Source of the DNA: Fervidicoccaceae archaeon
Lineage (GTDB): Archaea; Thermoproteota; Thermoprotei_A; Sulfolobales; Fervidicoccaceae
Length of the DNA stretch: 64,000 nt
Assembly (NCBI GenBank): GCA_038734945.1
Contig: JAVYOA010000009.1
Span: 372,001-436,000, forward strand
Direction: 5' to 3'
The translations under genes and the position numbers were made by a program. Below the pieces are notes generated by a model. That model saw only the letters and a list, made by a program, of their open reading frames with translations. It did no database searches and had not been told where the DNA came from. Each line of letters begins with the position of its first letter. Positions within the stretch are counted from its first letter, which is position 1. This document shows, piece after piece, positions 50,072 through 60,739 of this stretch.

Positions 50072-51527
50072 TATCTACACCGTAGACTATAGAGGGCTTC
50101 AGTGTTTGGGGATGATTTGCTCTAACAAGATCTAGCTTCCTCGAAGAAGTATTGAGTGGAAGCTCCTTGATTTTTTCCCTATTTCTTTGGGCAATTGTAA
50201 CGAAATCCCTAAGTGCTTCCACATACATTTTAACGGTTTCAGCAGATTCTGTTTCTGTGAACTCGAACATCATCGCTTCATCCACAATTAATGGAAAGTA
50301 TATAGTTGGGGCATGAAGTCCCCTGTCAAGAAGGAACTTTGCAGCATCATCTGCTGTCGCTCCTATCTCCTCTGCCAGGCGCTTCAAGGATATAACTGCT
50401 TCATGCTTCCTAAATCTATTGGGATCATAGGGTAGCTCAATGATGTTCAGTTCTTTGAGGAGAGAGAGGAAATAATTAGTGTTCAATGAAGAATGCACAG
50501 CAACTTTCCATATATCCTCTCCATAAGCTAGAATGAAAGCATATGCATAGATCATGCCCGGTATATTTCCCAAGGTGCTCAATACATTCCCAATGCTTTT
50601 CTCTGGAGTCCTCCACACAAATTCTCCATTCTCCTCTTCAATTAAATAGCCTGGAAGATATTTTGCCAGCTCACCTTTAGCACAAACAGCCCCAGCTCCA
50701 GGTCCACCGCCACCATGGGGTGAACCAAAAGTCTTATGAAGATTCAAATGGACAATGTCAAAACCCATATCTCCTGGTCTAGCTATTCCAATTATCCCAT
50801 TCAAGTTAGCACCATCGTAATAAAGAAGACCTCCTGAGCTGTGAACTATGCTTGATATTTCCTTTATTTCCTCCTCAAACAAGCCAAGGGTGTTGGGATT
50901 AGTCAGCATGAGACCAGCAGTTTTCCTTCCTGCTGCATTCCTAAGAGCATTGACATCCACATTTCCCCTCTCATTTGTCTGTATTCTCACAACTTTGAAC
51001 CCACCCATTGCCGAGCTGGCAGGATTGCTTCCATGCGCACTATCAGGCACTATCATCTCATCTCTAAGCTCATCTTTTCTATCTCGATGATATGCTTTTA
51101 TCATGAGAACTCCGCTGAGCTCTCCAGAAGCTCCAGCAGGTGGCTGAAGGCTGCATGCATCCATTCCTGTTATTTCCTTGAACCACTCCTGAAGCTCATA
51201 GATAATCCTCAGCAAACCTCTCGCTCCCCCCGCTAAGAGAAGAGAGGGATGCATGTTTCTCAGCTTGCTGGACTGAAGGATCCTGGCAGCTATTTTTGGA
51301 TTATATTTCATTGTACATGAACCTAGAGGAACCGGTCCAACATCAATTCCGTAGGATATCTGACTCAGCCTAGTAAAGTGCCTGACAACCTCCAACTCGC
51401 TCAAGTTGGGAAGCGCTAGCTCTTTTCTCCTAAGAGATTCAGGTAATAGCTCTATTTCTTCCTTCTCTCTCTCAATTCTATATTCAAATAAGAGCTTTTC
51501 ATCCCATTTAGCCTGCCTAAATACCAT
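50049..51527 (-). CDS. gcvPB: Glycine dehydrogenase subunit 2
   Basis: PLGSCTMKYNP, SAHGSNPAS, TNPNTLG, PLP-lysine NLHKTF.SPHGGGGPG. Confidence 0.96.
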   Translation of the reverse strand: MVFRQAKWDEKLLFEYRIEREKEEIELLPESLRRKELALPNLSELEVVRHFTRLSQISYGIDVGPVPLGSCTMKYNPKIAARILQSSKLRNMHPSLLLAGGARGLLRIIYELQEWFKEITGMDACSLQPPAGASGELSGVLMIKAYHRDRKDELRDEMIVPDSAHGSNPASSAMGGFKVVRIQTNERGNVDVNALRNAAGRKTAGLMLTNPNTLGLFEEEIKEISSIVHSSGGLLYYDGANLNGIIGIARPGDMGFDIVHLNLHKTFGSPHGGGGPGAGAVCAKGELAKYLPGYLIEEENGEFVWRTPEKSIGNVLSTLGNIPGMIYAYAFILAYGEDIWKVAVHSSLNTNYFLSLLKELNIIELPYDPNRFRKHEAVISLKRLAEEIGATADDAAKFLLDRGLHAPTIYFPLIVDEAMMFEFTETESAETVKMYVEALRDFVTIAQRNREKIKELPLNTSSRKLDLVRANHPQTLKPSIVYGVDNAKQRSV

Positions 51528-52893
51528 TTGATAGCACCTCCCTCAGAGATGCTCCAAAAATTTCTATATCCTCTCTCTCATGAACTTCTGTAGCACATGA
51601 TATTCCTCCTTGAACAGTCATTGAGAAGGGAATTATTGATCTTTCTTTTACCATTCTCATGAAGATTTTCTTGCTATCTTTTCCAGAAGGAAAACGAAAT
51701 GCTATATTTTTGTAGTGCAGTGCCCTCGGATGAATGATTTCTAAACCGTTCTCGCTCAGCTTTTTCTTCAGTTCTTCTGTTAATTCCAGTATCTTTGAGC
51801 CCTCCTTTCTCAATCCCCTTGATCCTTTTAGAGCAAGGCTTACCAGTGCAGCTATTGCATTCAATGAAGCACCAGTTGTTATATTCGAAGTTGCCTTCTC
51901 TCTTCTTATATGTTGCTCCCTGCTCTGGAGAATCATAGCATAGCCTATATTTCCATCAGCATCAACGGTCTCGCCAATCAGTCTTCCTGGTAGATTTCTC
52001 AGCAGCTCTCTATCGTTCCTAATTCCCAATATTCCAAGTAGCATGCCTCCCCCATACAATGGAAGGCCCAGCGATTGCCCCTCTCCAACAACAATGTCTA
52101 CTCCAAGGTCTCCTGGAGGAGCGAGGATGCCTAGGGATGAAGGGTCTGAGAATGCAATTGCAATTGAGTTGGCATTATGCGCTTCCTGAATTATCTCAGC
52201 AGTTGTTTTTCTCACTTCTCCAGTATTTGAGGGATAATCAACAATTACTCCTGCACCTTTTTCATTCCTTATTTTCGATAATTCCTCAGAGTTTATCTCT
52301 CCTGTCTCTTCATCAAACGAGTATTCTACATAGGAAATTTCGTGACCTTGAAAATATGTTTTCAGGACGCTCTTGTATTCTTCAAAAAGGGTGCTGGGAA
52401 CCAAGATTTTTTTGTTCTTCTTCACCCTGACAGACATTAGCGATGCCTCTGCCAAAGCTGTGGCCCCGTCATACATGCCCGCATTTACTATCTCGACACC
52501 ATAAAGTACTGCCATAGCGCTTTGATATTCAAAAAGCATCTTGAGAAGCCCTTGAGAAACCTCTGGCTGATATGGAGTATAAGCCGTTAGAATCTCTCCT
52601 CTTGATATTATGGCATCAACTACTGGATGAGTGTAGTGAGGAGCAACAGGTCCCCCAGCAAAAATCCTGTATAGTGGGATATCCTCAACATCCATTAGAG
52701 AAGAAGCCATTTCCCTCTCAATGCTAATTGAAGATAGAGGGATCCCCCTCCCTACTTTGAGCTTTCTGTTGAGGAGAAATTCCCTTGGAATATCGGAAAA
52801 CAACTCCATTGGATCATTTATTCCTATTGTTTTGAGCATTTCTTCAATAATCTTTTCATCGTCATTGGGTATCCATGGATGAGCGGATCTCAA
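51517..52893 (-). CDS. gcvPA: Glycine dehydrogenase subunit 1
   Basis: HPWIP, TAYTPYQPEVSQG, MYDGATALAEA, REQHIRREKATSNI; TTG at 52893 after GGGGGG (ORF track starts at 53004). Confidence 0.95.
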   Translation of the reverse strand: MRSAHPWIPNDDEKIIEEMLKTIGINDPMELFSDIPREFLLNRKLKVGRGIPLSSISIEREMASSLMDVEDIPLYRIFAGGPVAPHYTHPVVDAIISRGEILTAYTPYQPEVSQGLLKMLFEYQSAMAVLYGVEIVNAGMYDGATALAEASLMSVRVKKNKKILVPSTLFEEYKSVLKTYFQGHEISYVEYSFDEETGEINSEELSKIRNEKGAGVIVDYPSNTGEVRKTTAEIIQEAHNANSIAIAFSDPSSLGILAPPGDLGVDIVVGEGQSLGLPLYGGGMLLGILGIRNDRELLRNLPGRLIGETVDADGNIGYAMILQSREQHIRREKATSNITTGASLNAIAALVSLALKGSRGLRKEGSKILELTEELKKKLSENGLEIIHPRALHYKNIAFRFPSGKDSKKIFMRMVKERSIIPFSMTVQGGISCATEVHEREDIEIFGASLREVLSNGI

Positions 52894-52997
52894 ATTTTTC
52901 CCCCCATTCGGAGCAAATATCACATGATAAAAAATCAAGGACAAGCCATAATAAATAAACCATAGAAACAATTTTTGATATTCGAGAGATGGTGAGG

Positions 52998-53444
52998 ATG
53001 TCAAGAATTAGCTGGAAGGACGTATTAGCAATATTACTCATAGTATCGATAGCTCTATTGCTCAAGCCAGCCCTCTCAGCTGTTTCAGGAACAACTACAC
53101 CTATAGCTGTAGTAAAGGGAAACAGCATGCTGCCTCTCTTGCGGGAAGGAGACATCGTATTTCTGCATCACGTTCCGCCGCAAGATATAGCAGTCGGCGA
53201 AGTAGTTGTCTATCAAAGTATTTATGGAGGATACATCATACACAGGGTCGTCAGCATCATTCAGACTCCAACTGGCATATTTTATGTCACAAAGGGAGAT
53301 AACAACCCCTCCGATGACAGCTTACTGGGGCAGTTCGTGGATGGTCCGGGAATACCTTATGATAGAATAGTGGGGGTAGTCTGGTCTCCATTCAACAAAA
53401 CATTTGTCATCCCTCTGATAGGGATAATTTCCATTGTTATATGA
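52998..53444 (+). CDS. Signal peptidase I (Sec11 type)
   Basis: VVKGNSMLP, IIHRV, TKGDNN..D. Confidence 0.93.
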   Translation: MSRISWKDVLAILLIVSIALLLKPALSAVSGTTTPIAVVKGNSMLPLLREGDIVFLHHVPPQDIAVGEVVVYQSIYGGYIIHRVVSIIQTPTGIFYVTKGDNNPSDDSLLGQFVDGPGIPYDRIVGVVWSPFNKTFVIPLIGIISIVI

Positions 53445-53483
53445 ATTATTGAAACAAGCTAGGAACATGTAATCACTGTTTAA

Positions 53484-55127
<1,644 letters not shown>

Positions 55128-55253
55128 AAATATATCCTACTCCTCTCTTTGTTTCATCTAAACATGTATCCTATCAATTTCCATTAATTTATAAACCGCA
55201 TCATTTAAAGGGTGTTCTAGCATAGAGATTAATGAAATGACAGGTGTGATGGG

Positions 55254-55856
55254 ATGCCTTCTAGAGGAAAAAACAATTCTCCTACATATAAAATCGAGAA
55301 CATTGTAGCCACTGTAAGCATAGATCAAAAACTTGATCTTCACGAAATTGAGCGTAGAGTGCCTCGCGTAGAGTACAATCCAGACCAATTTCCTGGTTTA
55401 GTATTCAGACTAGAGAGGCCAAAGATAACAGCACTGATATTCAAGTCTGGAAAAATGGTTGTGACAGGCTCCAAGAGCACAGCAGAGCTTATAAATTCAG
55501 TGAAGAGAATCATAAAGACCTTTGCTAACCATGGAATAAACATCTCCCATCAAGCACAAGTTCAAATACAGAATATTGTAGCCTCAGGTAATCTTGGGGT
55601 TGGAGTTAACCTGGAAGAAGCAGCCTACAAGCTCGAAAACATAATGTATGAACCAGAGCAGTTTCCTGGGCTCATCTATAGAATGACCAATCCATACGTC
55701 GTTCTCCTGATCTTCAGCAGTGGAAAAATGGTTATAACTGGAGCCAAAAGGGAAGAAGAAGTTGAGATGGCTGTTAGGAACATCTATAAAACGCTCTCCG
55801 ATTTGGATTGTTTAGTTGAAGATATAGAAGGGGAAAAAACAGAGGAGTTCTTTTAA
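55254..55856 (+). CDS. tbp: TATA-box binding protein
   Basis: Two repeats of NIVA..YxPxQFPGL..IFxSGKMVxTG. Confidence 0.98.
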   Translation: MPSRGKNNSPTYKIENIVATVSIDQKLDLHEIERRVPRVEYNPDQFPGLVFRLERPKITALIFKSGKMVVTGSKSTAELINSVKRIIKTFANHGINISHQAQVQIQNIVASGNLGVGVNLEEAAYKLENIMYEPEQFPGLIYRMTNPYVVLLIFSSGKMVITGAKREEEVEMAVRNIYKTLSDLDCLVEDIEGEKTEEFF

Positions 55857-55958
55857 AGATCTGAATCGCAAATTATTTTAACTTAAATCCTTTAGAAAGA
55901 GCTTAGAGGGCCCGTGGCTCAGCCTGGTAGAGCGGCGGAGGCCGGAGCCCGATACCCC

Positions 55959-55970
55959 TTTCCCCTTTTT
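55959..55970 (+). terminator. Pyrimidine/T-tract terminator candidate after the 5' tRNA half
   Basis: TTTCCCCTTTTT directly after the 12-nt complementary trailer. Confidence 0.55.
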
Positions 55971-56030
55971 CACAATGGCCACCTTGGGAACTAAAAAATT
56001 GCTTAATCCCTTCAATGGCTAAGTCATGAG

Positions 56031-56044
56031 CGAAAATTATATAA
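56031..56044 (+). promoter_or_regulatory. Internal BRE-TATA promoter for the 3' tRNA half
   Basis: CGAAAA-TTATATAA about 25 nt upstream of the GGGGTATCGGGC leader (56070). Confidence 0.7.
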
Positions 56045-56161
56045 TCTGGGTAGCTTATCCAGATCCATCGGGGTATCGGGCGAAGTCCGCCGAGGCTCTT
56101 AACCCGTAGGTCCCGGGTTCAAATCCCGGCGGGCCCGCCACAGAAATTGAGAGAAGGGCTC

Positions 56162-56180
56162 TTGGGGGATCATCCCCCAA
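56162..56180. terminator. Perfect 9-bp inverted repeat between the convergent tRNA-Lys and ABC ATPase genes
   Basis: TTGGGGGAT-C-ATCCCCCAA. Confidence 0.45.
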
Positions 56181-56187
56181 TCTGTTT

Positions 56188-56937
56188 TCAGCTTACCAAT
56201 GAGTAAATGAGATCTTCAAGAGCCTCAAAATCTTGAGACCTCCTGTTTCTAGGCCTAGGCAGATCCACCTTGATCTCCTTTGAGATTCTGCTCGGCCTTG
56301 GAGTTAGTATAACTATTCTATCTGCTAGAAATATGGCCTCGTCTACAGAGTGAGTTACCATTACTATCGCTTTTAGAGGTGTAATTCCGGACAACCAAAT
56401 GTCCAATATTTCAGCCCTCAGCGTCTCAGCAGTTAAGGGATCTAGGTTTGAAAAGGGCTCATCCATTAGGAGAATTTCTGGCTGGATGGCAAGTGCTCTA
56501 GCAAAGTTTACTCTCTGTCTCATCCCCCCACTTAGCTCGTGGGGATAAAGATATTCAGAACCAGATAGTCCAACTAGAGAAATATACCTGCGGGCCGTTT
56601 CAGTAGCTCTTTCTCTATCCAGCCCCAAGTTCTTGAGAGGAAGTGCGACATTTTCTAGAACATTCATCCAAGGAAGAAGAGAGGGGAACTGAAAGACGAA
56701 ACCCATTTTTGGCATTCTCCCCTCATTATATATTATCTCTCCACCACTGTAATTCTCCACTCCTGCTATGATTCTGAGCAATGTTGACTTTCCACAACCG
56801 GAAGGACCAAGAATTACAAGAAATTCTTTCTTGATATCCATCGTGATATCATCGATTACCTTTACTTTACCGTTCTCCGAAACGTACTCTTTTGAAATTT
56901 TTCTCAGAGATATCAATATTTGTTCCATGTTTATCAT
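56188..56937 (-). CDS. ABC transporter ATPase (NitT/TauT family)
   Basis: GPSGCGKST, LSGGMRQR, LLMDEPF, VTHSVDEA. Confidence 0.93.
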   Translation of the reverse strand: MINMEQILISLRKISKEYVSENGKVKVIDDITMDIKKEFLVILGPSGCGKSTLLRIIAGVENYSGGEIIYNEGRMPKMGFVFQFPSLLPWMNVLENVALPLKNLGLDRERATETARRYISLVGLSGSEYLYPHELSGGMRQRVNFARALAIQPEILLMDEPFSNLDPLTAETLRAEILDIWLSGITPLKAIVMVTHSVDEAIFLADRIVILTPRPSRISKEIKVDLPRPRNRRSQDFEALEDLIYSLVS

Positions 56938-56940
56938 ACC

Positions 56941-58488
56941 TCAGTCAACAACATGGTACTTCTTTCTTCCATATGAATACAGCCATGCCCAAAATGTCCT
57001 GTTGAAAACAACTATAAAAAACGTCAATGTCAGTACATAGATCGCTAGAGACGTCGTATCTCCGGATACGGTAGATGAAGAAATTAGGTAGCCTATTCCA
57101 AAGAAAGAGATGACTTGTGTTCCCAAATAAGCGTATTCGGCAACGATAGTCGCATTCCATGCACCCCCCCAGGCAGAAGACATTCCAGACAGAACGTAGG
57201 GAGTTAGCATAGGAACAAAGATTCTAAAGAACTTATAGCGCCCTTTTATTCTATAAATTTTGGCCATTTCCATAATATTTTTTTCCATCGGCCCTATCCC
57301 AGTAAGTGCTATATTGAAGAAAATGTACCAAATTGCTCCCTGAAATATTATGAACAGAGAAACAAGCACTGGAGGAAAACCTCTTAGGATGAGAGCTACA
57401 AAAATAGGCCACCAGAGAGAAGCAGGAACTGATGAGAGGAATTCACCTGAGAGAATGAAGAGCTTTCGAAACAGCTTTTTTCTCTCATAAAGAAGATATG
57501 AGAGAAACATCACAGATATAGTTCCGATGCCAAGAACAATAGCCACCCTTAATAGTGAGATGGAAACCCCTTCAAGCGCGCTGATCAAAACCAAGCTAAT
57601 TTTCTCAGAGCTCATCGAAAATGTAATTTTGCCGGATATTCTCTGCATGAAGAAAACTGCGGCAATAAGAAGGATAGAGATGAGAGATATTTTCAACCAG
57701 TTTCTGACTTTTCTTGATAATGCATATTCTTTTCTTGAGATCGCAGCCAATCTTATTATCAAAGCATCGCTTACTGAGCTCCAGAATTTCGTAGAGCTCC
57801 TCCAAAAAATTCTGAATGGAGCTCCTATCATAGGCATTACATTTTCTTCTGAAGAAGTTTGAGTTACTATTGAATAAAAAGGATTCCATATAAATACATA
57901 TACTCCTATTGAGAGAATCACTATTGAGAGAATGCCAAGGGCTATTTGCTCAGCATTACCTGCCTCCAACCCAAGCTGGATATATGTGCCAATTCCCTCA
58001 AGCATATAGTTAGTTGAACCCATAGTTATTATTTCAGAGGATACAAGGAAGAAAAGTCCCCCAGCCCACGAGATTATTGAATTCTTCGCTATCGCAGGGA
58101 CTGATGCGGGAATATATATCTTCAGCAGTCTGGCGAGAAAGCTTAATTTGTAGATTTTTGCTACCTCAAGCACATATGATGGTATGAATTTTACGTTTGC
58201 ATAGACCCCAAGTATCAGGTTCCAGGCTTGACTAGTAAATATCAGAAATATAGAGGCCAGTTGTATCCCATACTGCTCTGGTAGCGCTCTCACCATAATG
58301 TCTATAACTATCGGAAAGAAGCCAAGAATAGGAACCGATTGCAAAACATCTATCACTGGATATAAAATTTTTTCTACCTTTTCATTTCTTCCCATAGCTA
58401 TTCCAGCAGCTAATGCAACTAGAACAGATAGAAGATAAGCAAGAAACATCCTCAGCATGCTAGCAGCCAGAGCAGCAACAAGTTCCAA
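56941..58488 (-). CDS. ABC transporter permease with two TM modules (NitT/TauT family)
   Basis: DVLQSVPILGFFP, FTSQAWN, AWGGAWNATIVAEY. Confidence 0.9.
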   Translation of the reverse strand: MELVAALAASMLRMFLAYLLSVLVALAAGIAMGRNEKVEKILYPVIDVLQSVPILGFFPIVIDIMVRALPEQYGIQLASIFLIFTSQAWNLILGVYANVKFIPSYVLEVAKIYKLSFLARLLKIYIPASVPAIAKNSIISWAGGLFFLVSSEIITMGSTNYMLEGIGTYIQLGLEAGNAEQIALGILSIVILSIGVYVFIWNPFYSIVTQTSSEENVMPMIGAPFRIFWRSSTKFWSSVSDALIIRLAAISRKEYALSRKVRNWLKISLISILLIAAVFFMQRISGKITFSMSSEKISLVLISALEGVSISLLRVAIVLGIGTISVMFLSYLLYERKKLFRKLFILSGEFLSSVPASLWWPIFVALILRGFPPVLVSLFIIFQGAIWYIFFNIALTGIGPMEKNIMEMAKIYRIKGRYKFFRIFVPMLTPYVLSGMSSAWGGAWNATIVAEYAYLGTQVISFFGIGYLISSSTVSGDTTSLAIYVLTLTFFIVVFNRTFWAWLYSYGRKKYHVVD

Positions 58489-58563
58489 ATTATCACCACT
58501 TTGTTTAGAAAAACTTAATAGAGATGATTATATTTTTTATTCAAGGGAGGATGAAAATATAAA

Positions 58564-59061
58564 TTGAGCGAGCACAGGGAATATGTTCTCCCAGTATCAC
58601 CGAAATGCATCAGCCTTGACCATGTAGTAGGTCTTATAGAAACCATATATAGCCTTGGAGGAAAGGCTGATGCTTCCTTCATAAATGATGTAACTGATGC
58701 TGATATAGACGTTCTAACCCACGCTATAGATCTCTCAGAAATATTTGGCTTAATAAAATACAAAGATGGAGATATTGTACTAACCGATCTAGGTTTGAAA
58801 GCCTCAAGAACTCACCTGAGAGAGCTGAAGAAAATATTGAGAGAGAAGTCTGTCGGAATTCATCCCATCGTAGATATAATGCAGAAGGCGAGAGAAAGTG
58901 AAGATAGGTCAATAAATGAGGAAGAGATATATGCGATACTAGAAAAATATTACAGTGAGAACGAGCTGTCCAAGGCAATAAGATGTGTTCTACAATGGAT
59001 CTACTATCTCGAGCTTGGTACATGGGATTATGAGGAGGGAAGCCTGATATTAAAAGAATAA
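58564..59061 (+). CDS. Stand-alone AAA-associated (AAA_assoc_C-like) domain protein
   Basis: VVGLIETI..GGKAD..AIDLSEIFGLI..GDIVLTDLG...VLQWIYYLELG; divergent from the NitT/TauT genes. Confidence 0.75.
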   Translation: MSEHREYVLPVSPKCISLDHVVGLIETIYSLGGKADASFINDVTDADIDVLTHAIDLSEIFGLIKYKDGDIVLTDLGLKASRTHLRELKKILREKSVGIHPIVDIMQKARESEDRSINEEEIYAILEKYYSENELSKAIRCVLQWIYYLELGTWDYEEGSLILKE

Positions 59062-59088
59062 TCTCCTCAAAAAACAGTAGAGTTTCCT

Positions 59089-59427
59089 TTACAGATAAAT
59101 TACTATCTTCTTTATGTTGCTCACCGTTATCTTCTTTACTCCTCTTTGCCCCGGCTTGTAAGCTGTTTTGAGTAGACCAGCCTCTTCCAGCTTCTTTATC
59201 TGGGCACTTGCATTAGCTTTGCTTTGCTTAATGAGCTCGGCAATCTCTCCCACATCAGACTCATGTTCCTTTATGTACTTCAATATATACAGTCTTGTAG
59301 AATTTGCCAGTGCAGAAGCAACTCTAACAATATATTCATCTCCGTTGACATATAGAGTGCCATCCATTTCAATTATACCAGTCTTTCCAACAATCTCCTC
59401 TTCTTCTTTAGTTTTTTTAACTTCCAC
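59089..59427 (-). CDS. ArsR family HTH transcriptional regulator
   Basis: ALANSTRLYIL..VGEIAE..SKANASAQIKKLEEAGLL..PGQRGVKK. Confidence 0.9.
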   Translation of the reverse strand: MEVKKTKEEEEIVGKTGIIEMDGTLYVNGDEYIVRVASALANSTRLYILKYIKEHESDVGEIAELIKQSKANASAQIKKLEEAGLLKTAYKPGQRGVKKITVSNIKKIVIYL

Positions 59428-59816
59428 ATTAATCACCTTATTTAAATTAATATTCTAAAATGTTGTTTATTAATCTTATCTTTTTATTTGTAAATATATT
59501 GGATAATACTCAATATCATGGGATTATTCGCTTATAGTATGAAAGTAAAATGCCATTGAGAAACTTTAAAAATATAATATAATTATAAATAAATATAATA
59601 AGTATCGTAAGTTGTGAAGCAGAATAAATCAATTGAGCAATGCACTTTCATTTCTGAAAACAATATTCTTTGCAGAAAAGAAAATTACCACGAATTATTT
59701 CAAATATATTTCAAATATCAACTTACTTACTACAAGTTATTTTTAATATGTTATTCTCACCAAATCATTGAGGGAACAAACGACTCAATCTTGTGGAGAA
59801 GGGAGTGGTGCTGCAT

Positions 59817-60728
59817 TTGAAACTTGGCGAGATCTACAGAAAGGTTCCGCAGAGGGCATTTGGTATACTCTCTCTGGTTGAATCTCTTCTTCCAAAATAT
59901 GAATATGTTCCACAGGAATTGATCTCGTCTAGGATTAGGCTTAATCCAAGTGAGCTCGAGAGACTGCTCGAACTTCTTGTCTCCCTCTCCCTACTCCAGA
60001 GAAGGATTGGTAAAAGCGTTGGATATAGACTCACATATCTTGGACTTAATATCCTCTCTTTAAGGGGGCTAGTGAATAGAGGGATAATTGGAGCAATTGG
60101 TGACAAGATAGGAGTTGGAAAAGAGAGCGAAATATATGAGGCTCTTTCTCCTGCTCAGACAAGGCTTTCCATAAAATTTCATATGGTTGGAAGGGATAGC
60201 TTCAAGCAATTTGTGAGGGTCAGAGGATTTGCTGCTGGAACAGGGTTTTCCAACTGGCTCCTAAAATCGAAACTCAATGCTATGAGGGAATATAGAGCGA
60301 TTACGAGACTCTCGCAGTATACTGATGGAGTTTTGCGACCTTTTGGGTTTAATAAGAATGCAGTTGTAACAGAATTTGTTGAAGGAATAGAGCTCTATAA
60401 AGCCCCGTCATTATCAGATCCTCGAAGAGCATTTGAGGAGATAATTAGAATCATAGAGTTATCTTACTCTTGTGCAGGAATAGTTCATGGTGATCTGAGC
60501 GAATATAATGTTCTCGTCAGGATGCCTGATGAGAAACCTATCATAATTGATTGGCCTCAATATATTGAGAAAAACCATCATAGTGCCTCTGAATTGCTCA
60601 GGAGGGATGTGTGCTACATATCTAGATATTTTAAGAAGAAATTTGGACTAACAGAAGATTGTAGCATGCTATATGAAAGAATTTTAAACGCAAGTTCAGA
60701 AAATATTTGCAGAGAGATCTCTCACTAA
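59817..60728 (+). CDS. rio2: RIO2 serine/threonine kinase
   Basis: N-terminal wHTH (YEYVP, GYRLTYLG), GVGKESEIY, HGDLSEYNV, IIDWPQ; ORF track starts at 59793. Confidence 0.93.
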   Translation: MKLGEIYRKVPQRAFGILSLVESLLPKYEYVPQELISSRIRLNPSELERLLELLVSLSLLQRRIGKSVGYRLTYLGLNILSLRGLVNRGIIGAIGDKIGVGKESEIYEALSPAQTRLSIKFHMVGRDSFKQFVRVRGFAAGTGFSNWLLKSKLNAMREYRAITRLSQYTDGVLRPFGFNKNAVVTEFVEGIELYKAPSLSDPRRAFEEIIRIIELSYSCAGIVHGDLSEYNVLVRMPDEKPIIIDWPQYIEKNHHSASELLRRDVCYISRYFKKKFGLTEDCSMLYERILNASSENICREISH

Positions 60729-60739
60729 AATAAAGGGAA

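Larger units (their letters stand above)
55908..56140 (+). tRNA. tRNA-Lys(CUU) interrupted at 30/31: 5' half 55908-55938, 3' half 56095-56140 (CCA encoded); candidate split tRNA
   Basis: Joined halves give GGGCCCGTGGCTCAGCCTGGTAGAGCGGCGG|GCT-CTT-AACCCGTAGGTCCCGGGTTCAAATCCCGGCGGGCCCGCCA; BHB motif AGAG/CTCT, CGGC/GCCG with bulges GG|A and AG|G. Confidence 0.92.

Noticed and set aside
55939..56094. Protein-coding (homing endonuclease) or C/D-guide-containing tRNA intron
   Set aside because: Too short for such an ORF and no C/D box pair; it contains terminator and promoter signals instead
59437..59816. Replication origin, or the 68-aa ORF at 59614-59820
   Set aside because: No ORB or G-string and no adjacent cdc6/whiP; the ORF looks like AT-rich noise
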